IMG/VR virus record: IMGVR_UViG_3300020205_001316
Source of the DNA: an uncultured virus (IMG/VR IMGVR_UViG_3300020205_001316)
Taxonomy: Duplodnaviria > Heunggongvirae > Uroviricota > Caudoviricetes
Length of the DNA: 64,000 bases
Reading direction: 5' to 3' (one strand)
This document shows, piece by piece, positions 8,810-18,439 of the stretch; positions within the stretch are counted from its first letter, which is position 1, and every line of letters starts with the position of its first letter. Position numbers and translations under genes: made by a program. The notes under the pieces are model-generated. The model made no database searches. It was not told the origin of the DNA and saw nothing but the letters and a program-made list of their open reading frames with translations.

Positions 8810-10399
8810 TTATTTAATAAGCCACCTTAAATCATCAAAATCATCTTTACCTATATTCATTCTATAAGGGTCTTCTCTTAAATCTTTTTGTGTATAAACT
8901 GGACTATATTCTGTTTTAACAAATCCATTCAATGCACTTTGTGCTAATGAACCTCTTTCGTTTCTTAATCTTAATGCTGTATCTCTCACCCATAACCCAA
9001 TACCCAATGCCATTGTTAAATCATCATTATATCCTCTTGCTGCTTCGGCTCTACCATTGTTCCATATAAAAGTAAATAACTCATCTATGGTTCTCTTAGA
9101 GTGTATAATAACCGATTTATCTTTCATATATTGGTCAATCTTAGAAACAATCATAGGTCTTGTCTTAGATGAAATTGTGAAACCAGGAATCATTTGTTTT
9201 TGTTCTCTATAATATTTGTTAGTCCATTGTGTATTAACATCTACATATTGAACATCTTTATGACTCCAAAATAAATTCTTATAATCTCTATCTAATATTT
9301 GTTGTATTGTTGCCCAACCGATGTTTGCATTATCTACAATTAGTAATGCATCGTTGTAATCAGTTGCTATACTAATTAACATATTACCAAAATCGGTTGG
9401 TTCTACTTTACCTTTGTACTCAGCAACTTGTTCCATTGATTCTATATCTATGATGTGGAATGCTGAATAATCGTTACCATCACCTCTACTTACATCCGCT
9501 GTTACTACATATGAACGATTGTAATCCGGTTTTTTCCATAACCATATATTATTATCAAATCCTGTCTTTTCAATTGGTTCACATACATTGTTTTCACTAT
9601 ACCATATTAGGAGGTCACCATCAATTACGTTATCACCCGAACTAATGAAATCACAATCACACTCTTGTGCTGCTTGCTTATCACCTAATTGTTGTGTTTG
9701 TTCATCTCTCCAATCTTGTTCTCTATCAGGATGTACCGTCCAGTGAAGTTTGATAGGATTAAATAAGTTTTCACCATTTTCTGAACCTATCCACATTCTA
9801 TGAAACCAATTACCCACACCATTCGGAGTAGATAATGCAATACAATCACCACCGGTAGCCAACGTCAATTGAGTACCAGTCCATATCTCATCAATGTAAT
9901 CAATAAAGGCTGCTTCATCAAATACTAAAAGTGATAAGGCTTCAGAACGACCAGAGTCAGGTTTTGAAGATACTGCTTTTACTTGTGAACCATTTTTTAA
10001 TCTAAGGGAAAGTTTGTTATCTTCCGATTCTGCAACTCTTAACCATACAGGCAAAAGTTGGTTCATCGTTCTAACTTTTAATACTAAGTTCTTTGCTACA
10101 TCTTGTTTGTTTGCAATAATAAGAACGTTGAAATCCTCATTGAATATCATTTTCCATAGTGCATAACCTGCTACTAATGTTGATATACCTAACTGACGAG
10201 ATTTAAGAACAATGTTATATCTATGTTCTTTAAAATTTGTTAAAGTATCTTCTTGAAATGGATATAATTCAAATGGTATTTTTCCTCTAATTGGATGTTG
10301 AATTTTACAATATTTTTTCATAAAGTACACCGGGTCTCCGGCACACTTTTGATATTGTTCCTTAATTACATCCTTTAGGGATTTTTGTGGAGTATTCAT
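8810..10399 (-). CDS. terL: Terminase large subunit (T4 gp17-like)
   Basis: Q motif (LYPFQ), Walker A KSRQLGIST, Walker B LLVFDEAAF, STPNG coupling motif, and nuclease domain ADVSRG...DYSA...NDDL. Confidence 0.95.
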   Translation of the reverse strand: MNTPQKSLKDVIKEQYQKCAGDPVYFMKKYCKIQHPIRGKIPFELYPFQEDTLTNFKEHRYNIVLKSRQLGISTLVAGYALWKMIFNEDFNVLIIANKQDVAKNLVLKVRTMNQLLPVWLRVAESEDNKLSLRLKNGSQVKAVSSKPDSGRSEALSLLVFDEAAFIDYIDEIWTGTQLTLATGGDCIALSTPNGVGNWFHRMWIGSENGENLFNPIKLHWTVHPDREQDWRDEQTQQLGDKQAAQECDCDFISSGDNVIDGDLLIWYSENNVCEPIEKTGFDNNIWLWKKPDYNRSYVVTADVSRGDGNDYSAFHIIDIESMEQVAEYKGKVEPTDFGNMLISIATDYNDALLIVDNANIGWATIQQILDRDYKNLFWSHKDVQYVDVNTQWTNKYYREQKQMIPGFTISSKTRPMIVSKIDQYMKDKSVIIHSKRTIDELFTFIWNNGRAEAARGYNDDLTMALGIGLWVRDTALRLRNERGSLAQSALNGFVKTEYSPVYTQKDLREDPYRMNIGKDDFDDLRWLIK

Positions 10400-11037
10400 T
10401 ATTTTTTCAATCTAATCTTCCAATATACACCACCACCAATGTAAGGTGCTAAAGTGCCGCTTGTACCATCAATTGTTCTATTTGCAACTCCTAATCCTAA
10501 ATGAAACATCTTATCTTGTTTTGTATTAATTAAAACACCTAAGCCTAAATGAGATACAACATCTGCTTTATTAAATCCACCTTCCAAACCATAGAATACT
10601 TTGGTCTTTGGTAATTCTTTTACAATTGTTGTTTCTTTAATAGTTCTTTGTTTAACACTTGCATTAAAAGTTCTACCTAAGATTTTGTTTTGGGTAATCG
10701 TATCAATTAAAGATACAGTTCCTAAACTATCTGGTAAATTTAATGTATCTTTGTAAATGTTCTTTGCAAAGTAGTCTTGTAATAACGCCTGAGTATCTAC
10801 TATTGTAGGGATTGTTACTTCTTTAATTGTTTCGTGATAAATATCTTCACCCTTTTTAGTTACTACTTTTGTTTTAACTATTTCGAATGTATCAATTTCA
10901 TGTTTAATCAGTTCATACTTTTTACCATCAACTTTTACAATTTCACCTGTCGTTTTTTTGTTTCCACCACATTGTTGGAAAACTACTACTACAATCAATA
11001 ATGCGATTGCAATGTTCTTAATGTTCAAAAATTTCAT
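10399..11037 (-). CDS. Membrane-anchored/lipoprotein-like protein (possible lysis accessory)
   Basis: Hydrophobic N-terminal segment ending FQQCGG; aromatic beta-strand-like C-terminus YIGGGVYWKI; AAGGAG 7 nt upstream. Confidence 0.45.
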   Translation of the reverse strand: MKFLNIKNIAIALLIVVVVFQQCGGNKKTTGEIVKVDGKKYELIKHEIDTFEIVKTKVVTKKGEDIYHETIKEVTIPTIVDTQALLQDYFAKNIYKDTLNLPDSLGTVSLIDTITQNKILGRTFNASVKQRTIKETTIVKELPKTKVFYGLEGGFNKADVVSHLGLGVLINTKQDKMFHLGLGVANRTIDGTSGTLAPYIGGGVYWKIRLKK

Positions 11038-11680
11038 TATATTTCTCCTTTATTATTTCCCAATCCTCATCTATTGCGGTTTGGAATGTTATTATTAATT
11101 CGTTTAGACCATCTATATCTGAATCTAAATCTCTTTTTACTTTTTCTATATCACCATCGATACTCCACTTTTCAATACTACCATCTTCGTTTACAATAGT
11201 AGGAACTGTGTCTGCATCTTTTCTAGCTTGTTTAAATTTAGCTAAATCATCTTTAATTCTACCCAATGCATTTGAATTCATTTTCCAATACTCATAATTC
11301 TGATAAATTCCTTCTGCTCTAAGTTTAGATTCTCTTTCTACTAAACAATTGATACAATATCCAGTTTGTTTAATAAATCTTAAATTAGCCCCTTTAGGAT
11401 TAAATGTTTTACATTCTTTAGATTTACAAGTATTTAGTGTATCTAAATATTCTCTTGCTTCATCATATTGAGTAACTGCACTTTTAAATCCTTCGTGTTG
11501 CTCCCACTCTTTACCATTTGCATCAAACCATCTATCACCAACTTCTTTCTTTTCTTTTGCCTTATCCCATCCTACAGTTGCGTTTCCACTTTCTCTACCA
11601 TGCATTACATCCAAAATTTTTTTTCTACTCGGATGCATCCAGGCTTTCTTATCTTTGTTACCTTTGCTCTTAATTAACAT
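11018..11680 (-). CDS. Hypothetical protein with Cys cluster
   Basis: CKSKEC...CINC possible Zn site; 220 aa. Confidence 0.5.
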   Translation of the reverse strand: MLIKSKGNKDKKAWMHPSRKKILDVMHGRESGNATVGWDKAKEKKEVGDRWFDANGKEWEQHEGFKSAVTQYDEAREYLDTLNTCKSKECKTFNPKGANLRFIKQTGYCINCLVERESKLRAEGIYQNYEYWKMNSNALGRIKDDLAKFKQARKDADTVPTIVNEDGSIEKWSIDGDIEKVKRDLDSDIDGLNELIITFQTAIDEDWEIIKEKYNEIFEH

Positions 11681-11696
11681 AAATTATAACTTTATA

Positions 11697-11705
11697 TATA
11701 AATAT
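11697..11705 (-). promoter_or_regulatory. Putative late promoter element ATATTTATA
   Basis: Intergenic, 16 nt upstream of ATG 11680. Confidence 0.6.
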
Positions 11706-11711
11706 ATATTT

Positions 11712-14700
11712 TTATCGGCTAAACTTAAAAATTCCCAAAATTTGGTTTAAAGGTGCGAATGCTCCCGTTAATTTGTAAGCATTTCCTTTGTAACTAAATA
11801 CGATTCCTTCACTCGGTACAATCTTATCAAATCCACCTATTGCGTTTAATCTACTTAATTCTTTTTCTAATTTTTTTATTTGAGTTATAGTTCCACCACT
11901 CATAATTTGACTAGCAGTTGATTCTAATTCAGCTCTCATTGATTGTAATGCTTTATCAGGTTGAGCAGTTAATACTGAACCCATAAACGAAAGAACTTCT
12001 GCACCCACACCTAAAAAGATATCTTCAAACTTTCTAAGATTACCACTCATAATAGTAGTTTTAGGTCCTTTATCTATTCCTTCTGCCCATGCTCTTGCTT
12101 TTTCATCTTTTATATCACCTACTCTCATGCTTTTATTATCAAATGCCCATCTCTTAACTAAACCTGCTTTTTCTAATGCTGATATTTTCTTTTTTGAATT
12201 ATCTACAAAGTTTTCCCACCAAGCTTGATGGTAATCTGCTACACCATCTTTATCGGTTAAACCAAATTCAGATTGTAGTTTTGAAATCATTCCTTTAAAC
12301 TTACCTTTTTGAGAACTTAATTCTTTTGTTTTAGGTAATTTAACAATTGGAGGTCCTTGAATTGTGTATTTAGATTGAACATGTGCATTGATTTGCTTTA
12401 TCATTCCACCCAATACACTTTCTGCACCATCTACTTTAGCAATAGGGTTACCAGCTTCATTGTATTCAACTGCATTATGGAAAACTAAAAGTGCTTGATT
12501 ATATGGAATTACATTTACTGATGTTGGCCATATTACTTCTAAATTTACAAAACACTTACCTTCTTTAAATATTTTATCTTTTTGTGCTTTTGATAAACCT
12601 CTAATTGCATTTTCCAAATCTTTCATTGCAAAATTATATGCATCGGTTAATCCACCTCTACCACCAAACTTAGTTGCTACACCATTGATATCCATTGCAT
12701 TTGCTCCAGCGTTTGCTAAGTGCCCTTTGTTTCTAGCTGATATCAATCTTCCATTCTTCCAACTTATTGCCAATGCTTGCCCATCAGTCTTCTCTCTAAC
12801 CACACCTAAATTACCATCTAATGCATTATTTACAATTGCTTTCAAATCACCAAATGATAAATTCATTCTAACATCAAACGGATGATTCATATGTCCATAC
12901 GCACCACCTTCGTTTATAATACCTTCTTCTACTTTTCTGAATGTTGTTGCTTGTTTACCATTAATTGTTGGCATTCCATGTGGGTCTTTACCAATATCTT
13001 TAATAGTTACTCTTTTGTTTTTAAACTTACCCATTAGAACATCATCACCTTTATCCACATTTACATTAATATCTTCATCTATTTCTATTCCAGCTTCTTT
13101 TTCTACATCCGTAATTTCTTTGTAACCCATATTACGAAGTTCTTTAGCAATATCATTTATAGATGCATTATATTTACCAACCACTGCCATTGTTATTTTC
13201 TTACGAATAGTAAAGTTTCCTTTTTTATATTTTTCAATTACATTCTTAAAATGAATATCGTTTGTACTCATTTCAGTAATTACTTCTGCTACCGTATTTG
13301 TATCACCATCTACCTTACCATCTTCTGAATCTTTCATATAATCTTGTACTGTACTTTCCCAAACATCCAATGGAATTTTACCATCTTTCATTTGTTGTGC
13401 AAAGTATAATCCAAACCATTCTACAAATTTATCATTATCACCATCTATTTCTGCACTCGCATTTTGTGCTACTTTACCAACACCATTTGTTATAATATCA
13501 TCTGCAATATGTGCTGCTAAATGTTTTCCCAAATGTTGCATTAATGCCTTACTATGTTTATCTTTGTTATCTATTGATTTAATTGAACTAACCGATAATA
13601 CTTGTGCCATTTTTTTAATAGCATCTTTACTTTTATCACCAACAGGCTTGCCATCAAATAATGAAGCTAATCCTTCACCTGCAAATTGATAAGTATGTCC
13701 TAAATGTTCCATTTCTTGTTTTATCGATGGAACTAAATTTTGCATTGTGTTGTTAAGTGTTTTACCAATATTACTTCTCAATGATGAATTTGCTTTGTGT
13801 TGTCCTGTTTTAAATACCTGCTTAGCTTCATTAGGCATTTTACTAATATTATGTTTAATAGTTGCTGCTGTTACTTTAGAGTTTTGTTTTGCTTTTGTAT
13901 CAACTTGACCTTCACCATTATCACTTGCATCTGTTGTTCCTTTTGTCGGTTGTATTCCGTTTTTAGGAGTTTCTTTATTTGCATCTGCTGTTTTTGCTTG
14001 CACTCCAATATCTTGTGCGAATTGATTTGATTCTCTTACTAATTGTTCAATTGGCATATCAATTACTCTAACATTCATCATTGCTTCTCTACCACTCATT
14101 ATTTCATGTGAGGTTACAGCTGCCCATCTATGATGACCATCTAATACATATCCATCTGAACTTATATAAATTGGTGCAGTTATTCCTGGATTGTTAGGGT
14201 CAGAATCTAATGCTTTACTCATACCCGCTACCTTTGAACCTACTAATTCTGTTTGAGTTGCTTTTAATTGGTCAGCCGGAACTTGCGTTGGGTCTGATAC
14301 TTTGATTCCTTTATCTTCCAACATTTTTTTAAACATTGCTTCTGTATCTACTTCTCCATCTTTATCTTTTGGTAAACCATCTGCGATTGAACCTGGTTGT
14401 GGTTTTCCTTTAAATTGAGGCATTTGTTCTCTAGGAATACCTTTGTTACCACCACAATATAAGTTTGTTCCAGGAATTGTTATATCACATAAATTAAAGT
14501 TAGGTGCTTTTTCACCATTTGCCTTTGCTTCTGCTGATTTTTTAGCCAAATCATCAATTTTCATAGATACAGCTCTACGTTGCTTAACTGATATTTTTCC
14601 TATATCCGATTTATCACTTACATTAAAATTAGGAATATCTTTTTTAACTTTATCTACCGAAACTGTTTGTTGTGGTTGAGATTGTTGTGGTTTTTCTTGA

Positions 14701-15644
14701 GCTTGTGTTGGATTGGTTAATGGTTTTTCTGCTGGTTTTTGTGTTTTGTTTGTACTATTTGTACCATTTTGATTATTTGCACCTGGTGTTGGTTTTGCTC
14801 CAACTCTATTATTTGTACCGGTCATTGGTCCGCCGGCGTTTCTATTTTGTGGTTGTTGTGGTTTTGCCACAGGTCTTTGTTGGTTTGGTTGCGGTTTTGC
14901 ACCACTCTTACCAACTATTGCCATTGCTGCTCTATATGCAGGATGATTCTTATCGTAATTTAATGCTGAGCGAACTTTTACTTTTTCACCTGTTTCAGGA
15001 TTATCTACTAATTGGTCTAACGTTTTTTCATCATATCCACTACCTGCTGCACTTGCTTCGTTTAACGATTTAATTAATTTAGTGTAAATTGCTTTATCAA
15101 ATTTACCAAAAAACTTTTCAAATTCTTTTTGTTTTCTTTCACCACCCATTCTATTGTTACGGAACATATTTCTAACATCCGTTGCACCAAATGAGTTTGA
15201 AGGTAACTCTGAATAAACATACGCATTTACTGCATATCCTTTTAAGTTTTTATCGTTTGTATATGGTTTGAAATATGAACCACCTAATCGTGCATCATCT
15301 TTTTCACCAACCGCTACAATTAATGCAGTAGTTGTATCATCATATCCTCTCAATATTTCTACTGGTTGGTAAGGTTTTTTTACTTTTACAAATTTTGAAG
15401 ATGGTATTCCGAATAATTTAGTAGCAAGTTCTTTCTTATCGTTAAATGATAATGGTGATTTGTCACCATCTTGTACATCGGATGTTGCAATATAAACATT
15501 TTTAGAGCCAAACTTGCCTACTAATGCATCATAAACTTTTTTATGACCTTTGTGAAATGGTTGAAAACGTCCACCATAAACAACAATTTTGTCGGTAACT
15601 GCCTGTTTTAAAACAGCTTCAACAATAAAATTAGCTAATTCCAT
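11712..15644 (-). CDS. Multidomain protein: HxGH cytidylyltransferase-like, ParB/Srx-like and KxDG ligase-like nucleotidyltransferase domains
   Basis: GGRFQPFHKGH at the N-terminus; LKATQ...PIYISSDGYVLDGHHRWAA centrally; GHMNHPFD...EKTDGQAL...EGIVF...YKLTG at the C-terminus. Confidence 0.7.
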   Translation of the reverse strand: MELANFIVEAVLKQAVTDKIVVYGGRFQPFHKGHKKVYDALVGKFGSKNVYIATSDVQDGDKSPLSFNDKKELATKLFGIPSSKFVKVKKPYQPVEILRGYDDTTTALIVAVGEKDDARLGGSYFKPYTNDKNLKGYAVNAYVYSELPSNSFGATDVRNMFRNNRMGGERKQKEFEKFFGKFDKAIYTKLIKSLNEASAAGSGYDEKTLDQLVDNPETGEKVKVRSALNYDKNHPAYRAAMAIVGKSGAKPQPNQQRPVAKPQQPQNRNAGGPMTGTNNRVGAKPTPGANNQNGTNSTNKTQKPAEKPLTNPTQAQEKPQQSQPQQTVSVDKVKKDIPNFNVSDKSDIGKISVKQRRAVSMKIDDLAKKSAEAKANGEKAPNFNLCDITIPGTNLYCGGNKGIPREQMPQFKGKPQPGSIADGLPKDKDGEVDTEAMFKKMLEDKGIKVSDPTQVPADQLKATQTELVGSKVAGMSKALDSDPNNPGITAPIYISSDGYVLDGHHRWAAVTSHEIMSGREAMMNVRVIDMPIEQLVRESNQFAQDIGVQAKTADANKETPKNGIQPTKGTTDASDNGEGQVDTKAKQNSKVTAATIKHNISKMPNEAKQVFKTGQHKANSSLRSNIGKTLNNTMQNLVPSIKQEMEHLGHTYQFAGEGLASLFDGKPVGDKSKDAIKKMAQVLSVSSIKSIDNKDKHSKALMQHLGKHLAAHIADDIITNGVGKVAQNASAEIDGDNDKFVEWFGLYFAQQMKDGKIPLDVWESTVQDYMKDSEDGKVDGDTNTVAEVITEMSTNDIHFKNVIEKYKKGNFTIRKKITMAVVGKYNASINDIAKELRNMGYKEITDVEKEAGIEIDEDINVNVDKGDDVLMGKFKNKRVTIKDIGKDPHGMPTINGKQATTFRKVEEGIINEGGAYGHMNHPFDVRMNLSFGDLKAIVNNALDGNLGVVREKTDGQALAISWKNGRLISARNKGHLANAGANAMDINGVATKFGGRGGLTDAYNFAMKDLENAIRGLSKAQKDKIFKEGKCFVNLEVIWPTSVNVIPYNQALLVFHNAVEYNEAGNPIAKVDGAESVLGGMIKQINAHVQSKYTIQGPPIVKLPKTKELSSQKGKFKGMISKLQSEFGLTDKDGVADYHQAWWENFVDNSKKKISALEKAGLVKRWAFDNKSMRVGDIKDEKARAWAEGIDKGPKTTIMSGNLRKFEDIFLGVGAEVLSFMGSVLTAQPDKALQSMRAELESTASQIMSGGTITQIKKLEKELSRLNAIGGFDKIVPSEGIVFSYKGNAYKLTGAFAPLNQILGIFKFSR

Positions 15645-15647
15645 AAG

Positions 15648-15656
15648 TATAAATAT
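15648..15656 (-). promoter_or_regulatory. Putative late promoter element ATATTTATA
   Basis: Intergenic, 3 nt upstream of ATG 15644. Confidence 0.6.
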
Positions 15657-15659
15657 ATA

Positions 15660-15779
15660 CTAAACGTTCTTATAGATAAATGGATCTCTTTTTCTTAGTT
15701 CTTTTATTTTCTTTTTGAACTCTTTTTTCAACTTGTAGTTTTTATATAACTGCATTAATTTGTTGAATAATTTTTTCAT
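15660..15779 (-). CDS. Small basic protein of the 'KRDPFIY' type (39 aa)
   Basis: Below the ORF-track cutoff. Manual translation MKKLFNKLMQLYKNYKLKKEFKKKIKELRKRDPFIYKNV*; fills the intergenic gap almost exactly. Confidence 0.7.
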   Translation of the reverse strand: MKKLFNKLMQLYKNYKLKKEFKKKIKELRKRDPFIYKNV

Positions 15780-15785
15780 ATTAAA

Positions 15786-17012
15786 TTATTTAGTTTGTAA
15801 TTGTAACTTTAATTCTTTGTATATATCAATATAACTATAATTATCATTTTTTATATTTTTGATAAAATAATCTTCTGTAATTTCTATTTGTTTACCAAAT
15901 GTATTTAATAAATCATAATTATGTTTTAATGTATCAACATTTGATTTTATAATATCATGTAATTCATACATAGGAATATTATTTAATTTTTTAATTTCTT
16001 TTATAATCAATTCCATTCTTAAATCATTATCTTCAATTGTATCATATGTTTCATCTATTAAAAAATCAAATGTTTTAAAACCAATATCTCTAAGATATTT
16101 TAATAAATGTGGTCTGCCAACTACAATAAATGGATGAAACTGATACAATGGTTTCCATATCTTTTCGCTAATAAAATCATTATCAATATAAAATGATGTT
16201 TCTGTAACAATACTAATATACGAATCTAAAAACAATTTTGGATTATCGTGTTTATACCCATTAATATTTTCAATATCGTCTATATCAGCTACAACTTTAT
16301 CCGGAAGATTATTAAATTTAATTTCTATATCAGGTTTTTGAATAAATAAATTAGGTACTTCATTCGTAATTAATGTTTTATCAAAAGATACCAATGATTC
16401 GTATTTTATTTCATTTAAAATTTCACTTAATAATACTACTCTATGTAAATCCAATCTTCTATTTAAACATACAAATTTATAAGGTTTAATTACGTTTATA
16501 TGTTTTGAGGGTAAATCTATATATTTGTATGTTTGATAAAAATGATTAGAAGAAGCGGTTAAATAAAATGAATAATTTATAACTTTAGGATAATCTTCAA
16601 TATTATATTTTTCTTTAAATTTAATTAATTTATCTTCTAAATTATAATCGTTTAAAACCAATACAATATTTTTAAATTTTATTCCTGCATTTTTTGCACC
16701 TAAATAAAATCCTTTTAATGACCATTCACTCACCCACCCTTCATGTGAATAATTAATTAATAATTTACCATTATCATTATTTATTTGTTGAATTACTCCA
16801 ATTGGTATATTTTCAAAAAAATTTGCATAATCATCGGTTGCTTCTATGTTTAAAGAATACATTAGATGGCCCCATGGTTCAATTGGATATACCCATCCAG
16901 TAGAATTAATATCTGAAATTTTTGGTAACGTTTTATTCTTTATACCCACATTAGTTGACCATAAATTACAATTAGCGGTTGGATACTTATCGTATAATAG
17001 TTTCAATTGCAT
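15786..17012 (-). CDS. GT10 (fucosyltransferase)-like glycosyltransferase
   Basis: LNRR..HR, ISIVTET, FISEKIWKP..HPFIVVG and GFKTF..DETYD; paralog of three other cluster genes. Confidence 0.55.
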   Translation of the reverse strand: MQLKLLYDKYPTANCNLWSTNVGIKNKTLPKISDINSTGWVYPIEPWGHLMYSLNIEATDDYANFFENIPIGVIQQINNDNGKLLINYSHEGWVSEWSLKGFYLGAKNAGIKFKNIVLVLNDYNLEDKLIKFKEKYNIEDYPKVINYSFYLTASSNHFYQTYKYIDLPSKHINVIKPYKFVCLNRRLDLHRVVLLSEILNEIKYESLVSFDKTLITNEVPNLFIQKPDIEIKFNNLPDKVVADIDDIENINGYKHDNPKLFLDSYISIVTETSFYIDNDFISEKIWKPLYQFHPFIVVGRPHLLKYLRDIGFKTFDFLIDETYDTIEDNDLRMELIIKEIKKLNNIPMYELHDIIKSNVDTLKHNYDLLNTFGKQIEITEDYFIKNIKNDNYSYIDIYKELKLQLQTK

Positions 17013-17901
17013 CGTTTTCTATTGAATTAATTATACTATTTGCAATTATTTTATGACATTCTGGTGTTTGATGGTCATCCGGGACGGGTTTACCATTCAC
17101 AAGAAATCCAGATGTACTTATTTTAAATTTAGGATGTGCTAGCATTAAATCATATAAACAATCAAATTCAGTATCTTCATATTTTAATTTAATAAATTTT
17201 TTAGATAGATAATCATGTTTTTTTATAAATGGTGTATACTCATTGTGCCAACTCCATAGTTTACATTTTATTCCTAAAGCTTCTACTTCTTTAAACAATT
17301 CTATTACACCTTTTAAATTTTCTAATATAAAATAATCTTCCATTTCTTCCCAACTATTGAAATTATCAGTATAGAATTTAAAAAATTTATTAAAAGTTTC
17401 ATTATCCAATGTATCTTTGAATTTATTAATATCATTTCTATTAAATTCATTCGTATCTCTTTGTCTAATTTGTGCAATATTAACTACTAATTTTTCACCA
17501 TTTACATTAATATGATAATTTCTAAATGGGTCAGTTAATTGAAACACAACACAATCAATTTCATCTGGAGAATATCTTTGCATTTTAATATTTTCAAATT
17601 GTTTATCGATACGTCCTTCTGAATGTTTTCCTAATGCTAACATCATTTTAACTTGATCAATTGAACCATCATCTGAGCCACCACAATTTAATCTATTTGC
17701 TTCCCACATTTCAAAATGGTTTGCTACAAATCTACTAAACCTATTTGCTTTAATAAAATTCATTATTGCAAATGTAGTATTTTTTTCATCATACTGAAAT
17801 GCATATGGATTTGGAATATCTTTAAATGGTGGGTAATATTCTAATCCCCCACCCCATGTAAACGAACATCCTACAAATATAATACCTTTTCCTTTATGCA
17901 T
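16987..17901 (-). CDS. SGNH/GDSL-like hydrolase or acyltransferase
   Basis: Block I FVGCSFTWG, GGS, QLT and a C-terminal DDH. Confidence 0.5.
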   Translation of the reverse strand: MHKGKGIIFVGCSFTWGGGLEYYPPFKDIPNPYAFQYDEKNTTFAIMNFIKANRFSRFVANHFEMWEANRLNCGGSDDGSIDQVKMMLALGKHSEGRIDKQFENIKMQRYSPDEIDCVVFQLTDPFRNYHINVNGEKLVVNIAQIRQRDTNEFNRNDINKFKDTLDNETFNKFFKFYTDNFNSWEEMEDYFILENLKGVIELFKEVEALGIKCKLWSWHNEYTPFIKKHDYLSKKFIKLKYEDTEFDCLYDLMLAHPKFKISTSGFLVNGKPVPDDHQTPECHKIIANSIINSIENDAIETIIR

Positions 17902-18439
17902 AATATAACTCCGGATATTCTACTAAACAATGAATACCACCTTCTTTTGTTGCATATTTGTAAGCTAATTCAATATCGGTAGGTGTTTTTAAATCGTGAA
18001 ATTCTATATTTTTACATAAAGATTTAAACTCTTCAAAATAATTTCCTCTATGTTGATGACCTGGATCAATTGGTTTATCACTACCTTTACCTAATCTAAT
18101 AATTAAATTTGGTTTCCATTTTCCTTCACTCATTATACCAATTTTATCAACATGATTTATTAATTGATTACTTGCACAAATAATAAAATCCCAACGAGGA
18201 TAGAATGTAATAACTCTTTTACCTGCCATTGCCATACCTAAACTCATTCCCATTTGTGATTCTTCCATTACAGGAACTTCAATCATTTTATCTTTTGAAA
18301 CCCCACCTAATGTTGTACTCATAGGATTACCTTGATAAATTATTTGTTGTCCTATAAAAACTGAATCTTCTAATTCCGCTAAGTTTGTCATTGCGGTTGT
18401 TAATGCATCTTTATATGGAGTGTATTGTGGACTGCTCAT
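17894..18439 (-). CDS. Pyruvate dehydrogenase E1 beta / transketolase pyrimidine-binding domain (stand-alone)
   Basis: VFIGQ, EVPVMEESQMGMSLGMAMAG, NQLINH, GHQH and a C-terminal LVEY. Confidence 0.8.
   Translation of the reverse strand: MSSPQYTPYKDALTTAMTNLAELEDSVFIGQQIIYQGNPMSTTLGGVSKDKMIEVPVMEESQMGMSLGMAMAGKRVITFYPRWDFIICASNQLINHVDKIGIMSEGKWKPNLIIRLGKGSDKPIDPGHQHRGNYFEEFKSLCKNIEFHDLKTPTDIELAYKYATKEGGIHCLVEYPELYYA

Noticed and set aside
11018..11680. Possible terminase small subunit
   Set aside because: Only its position near terL suggests this; no recognisable TerS motif.
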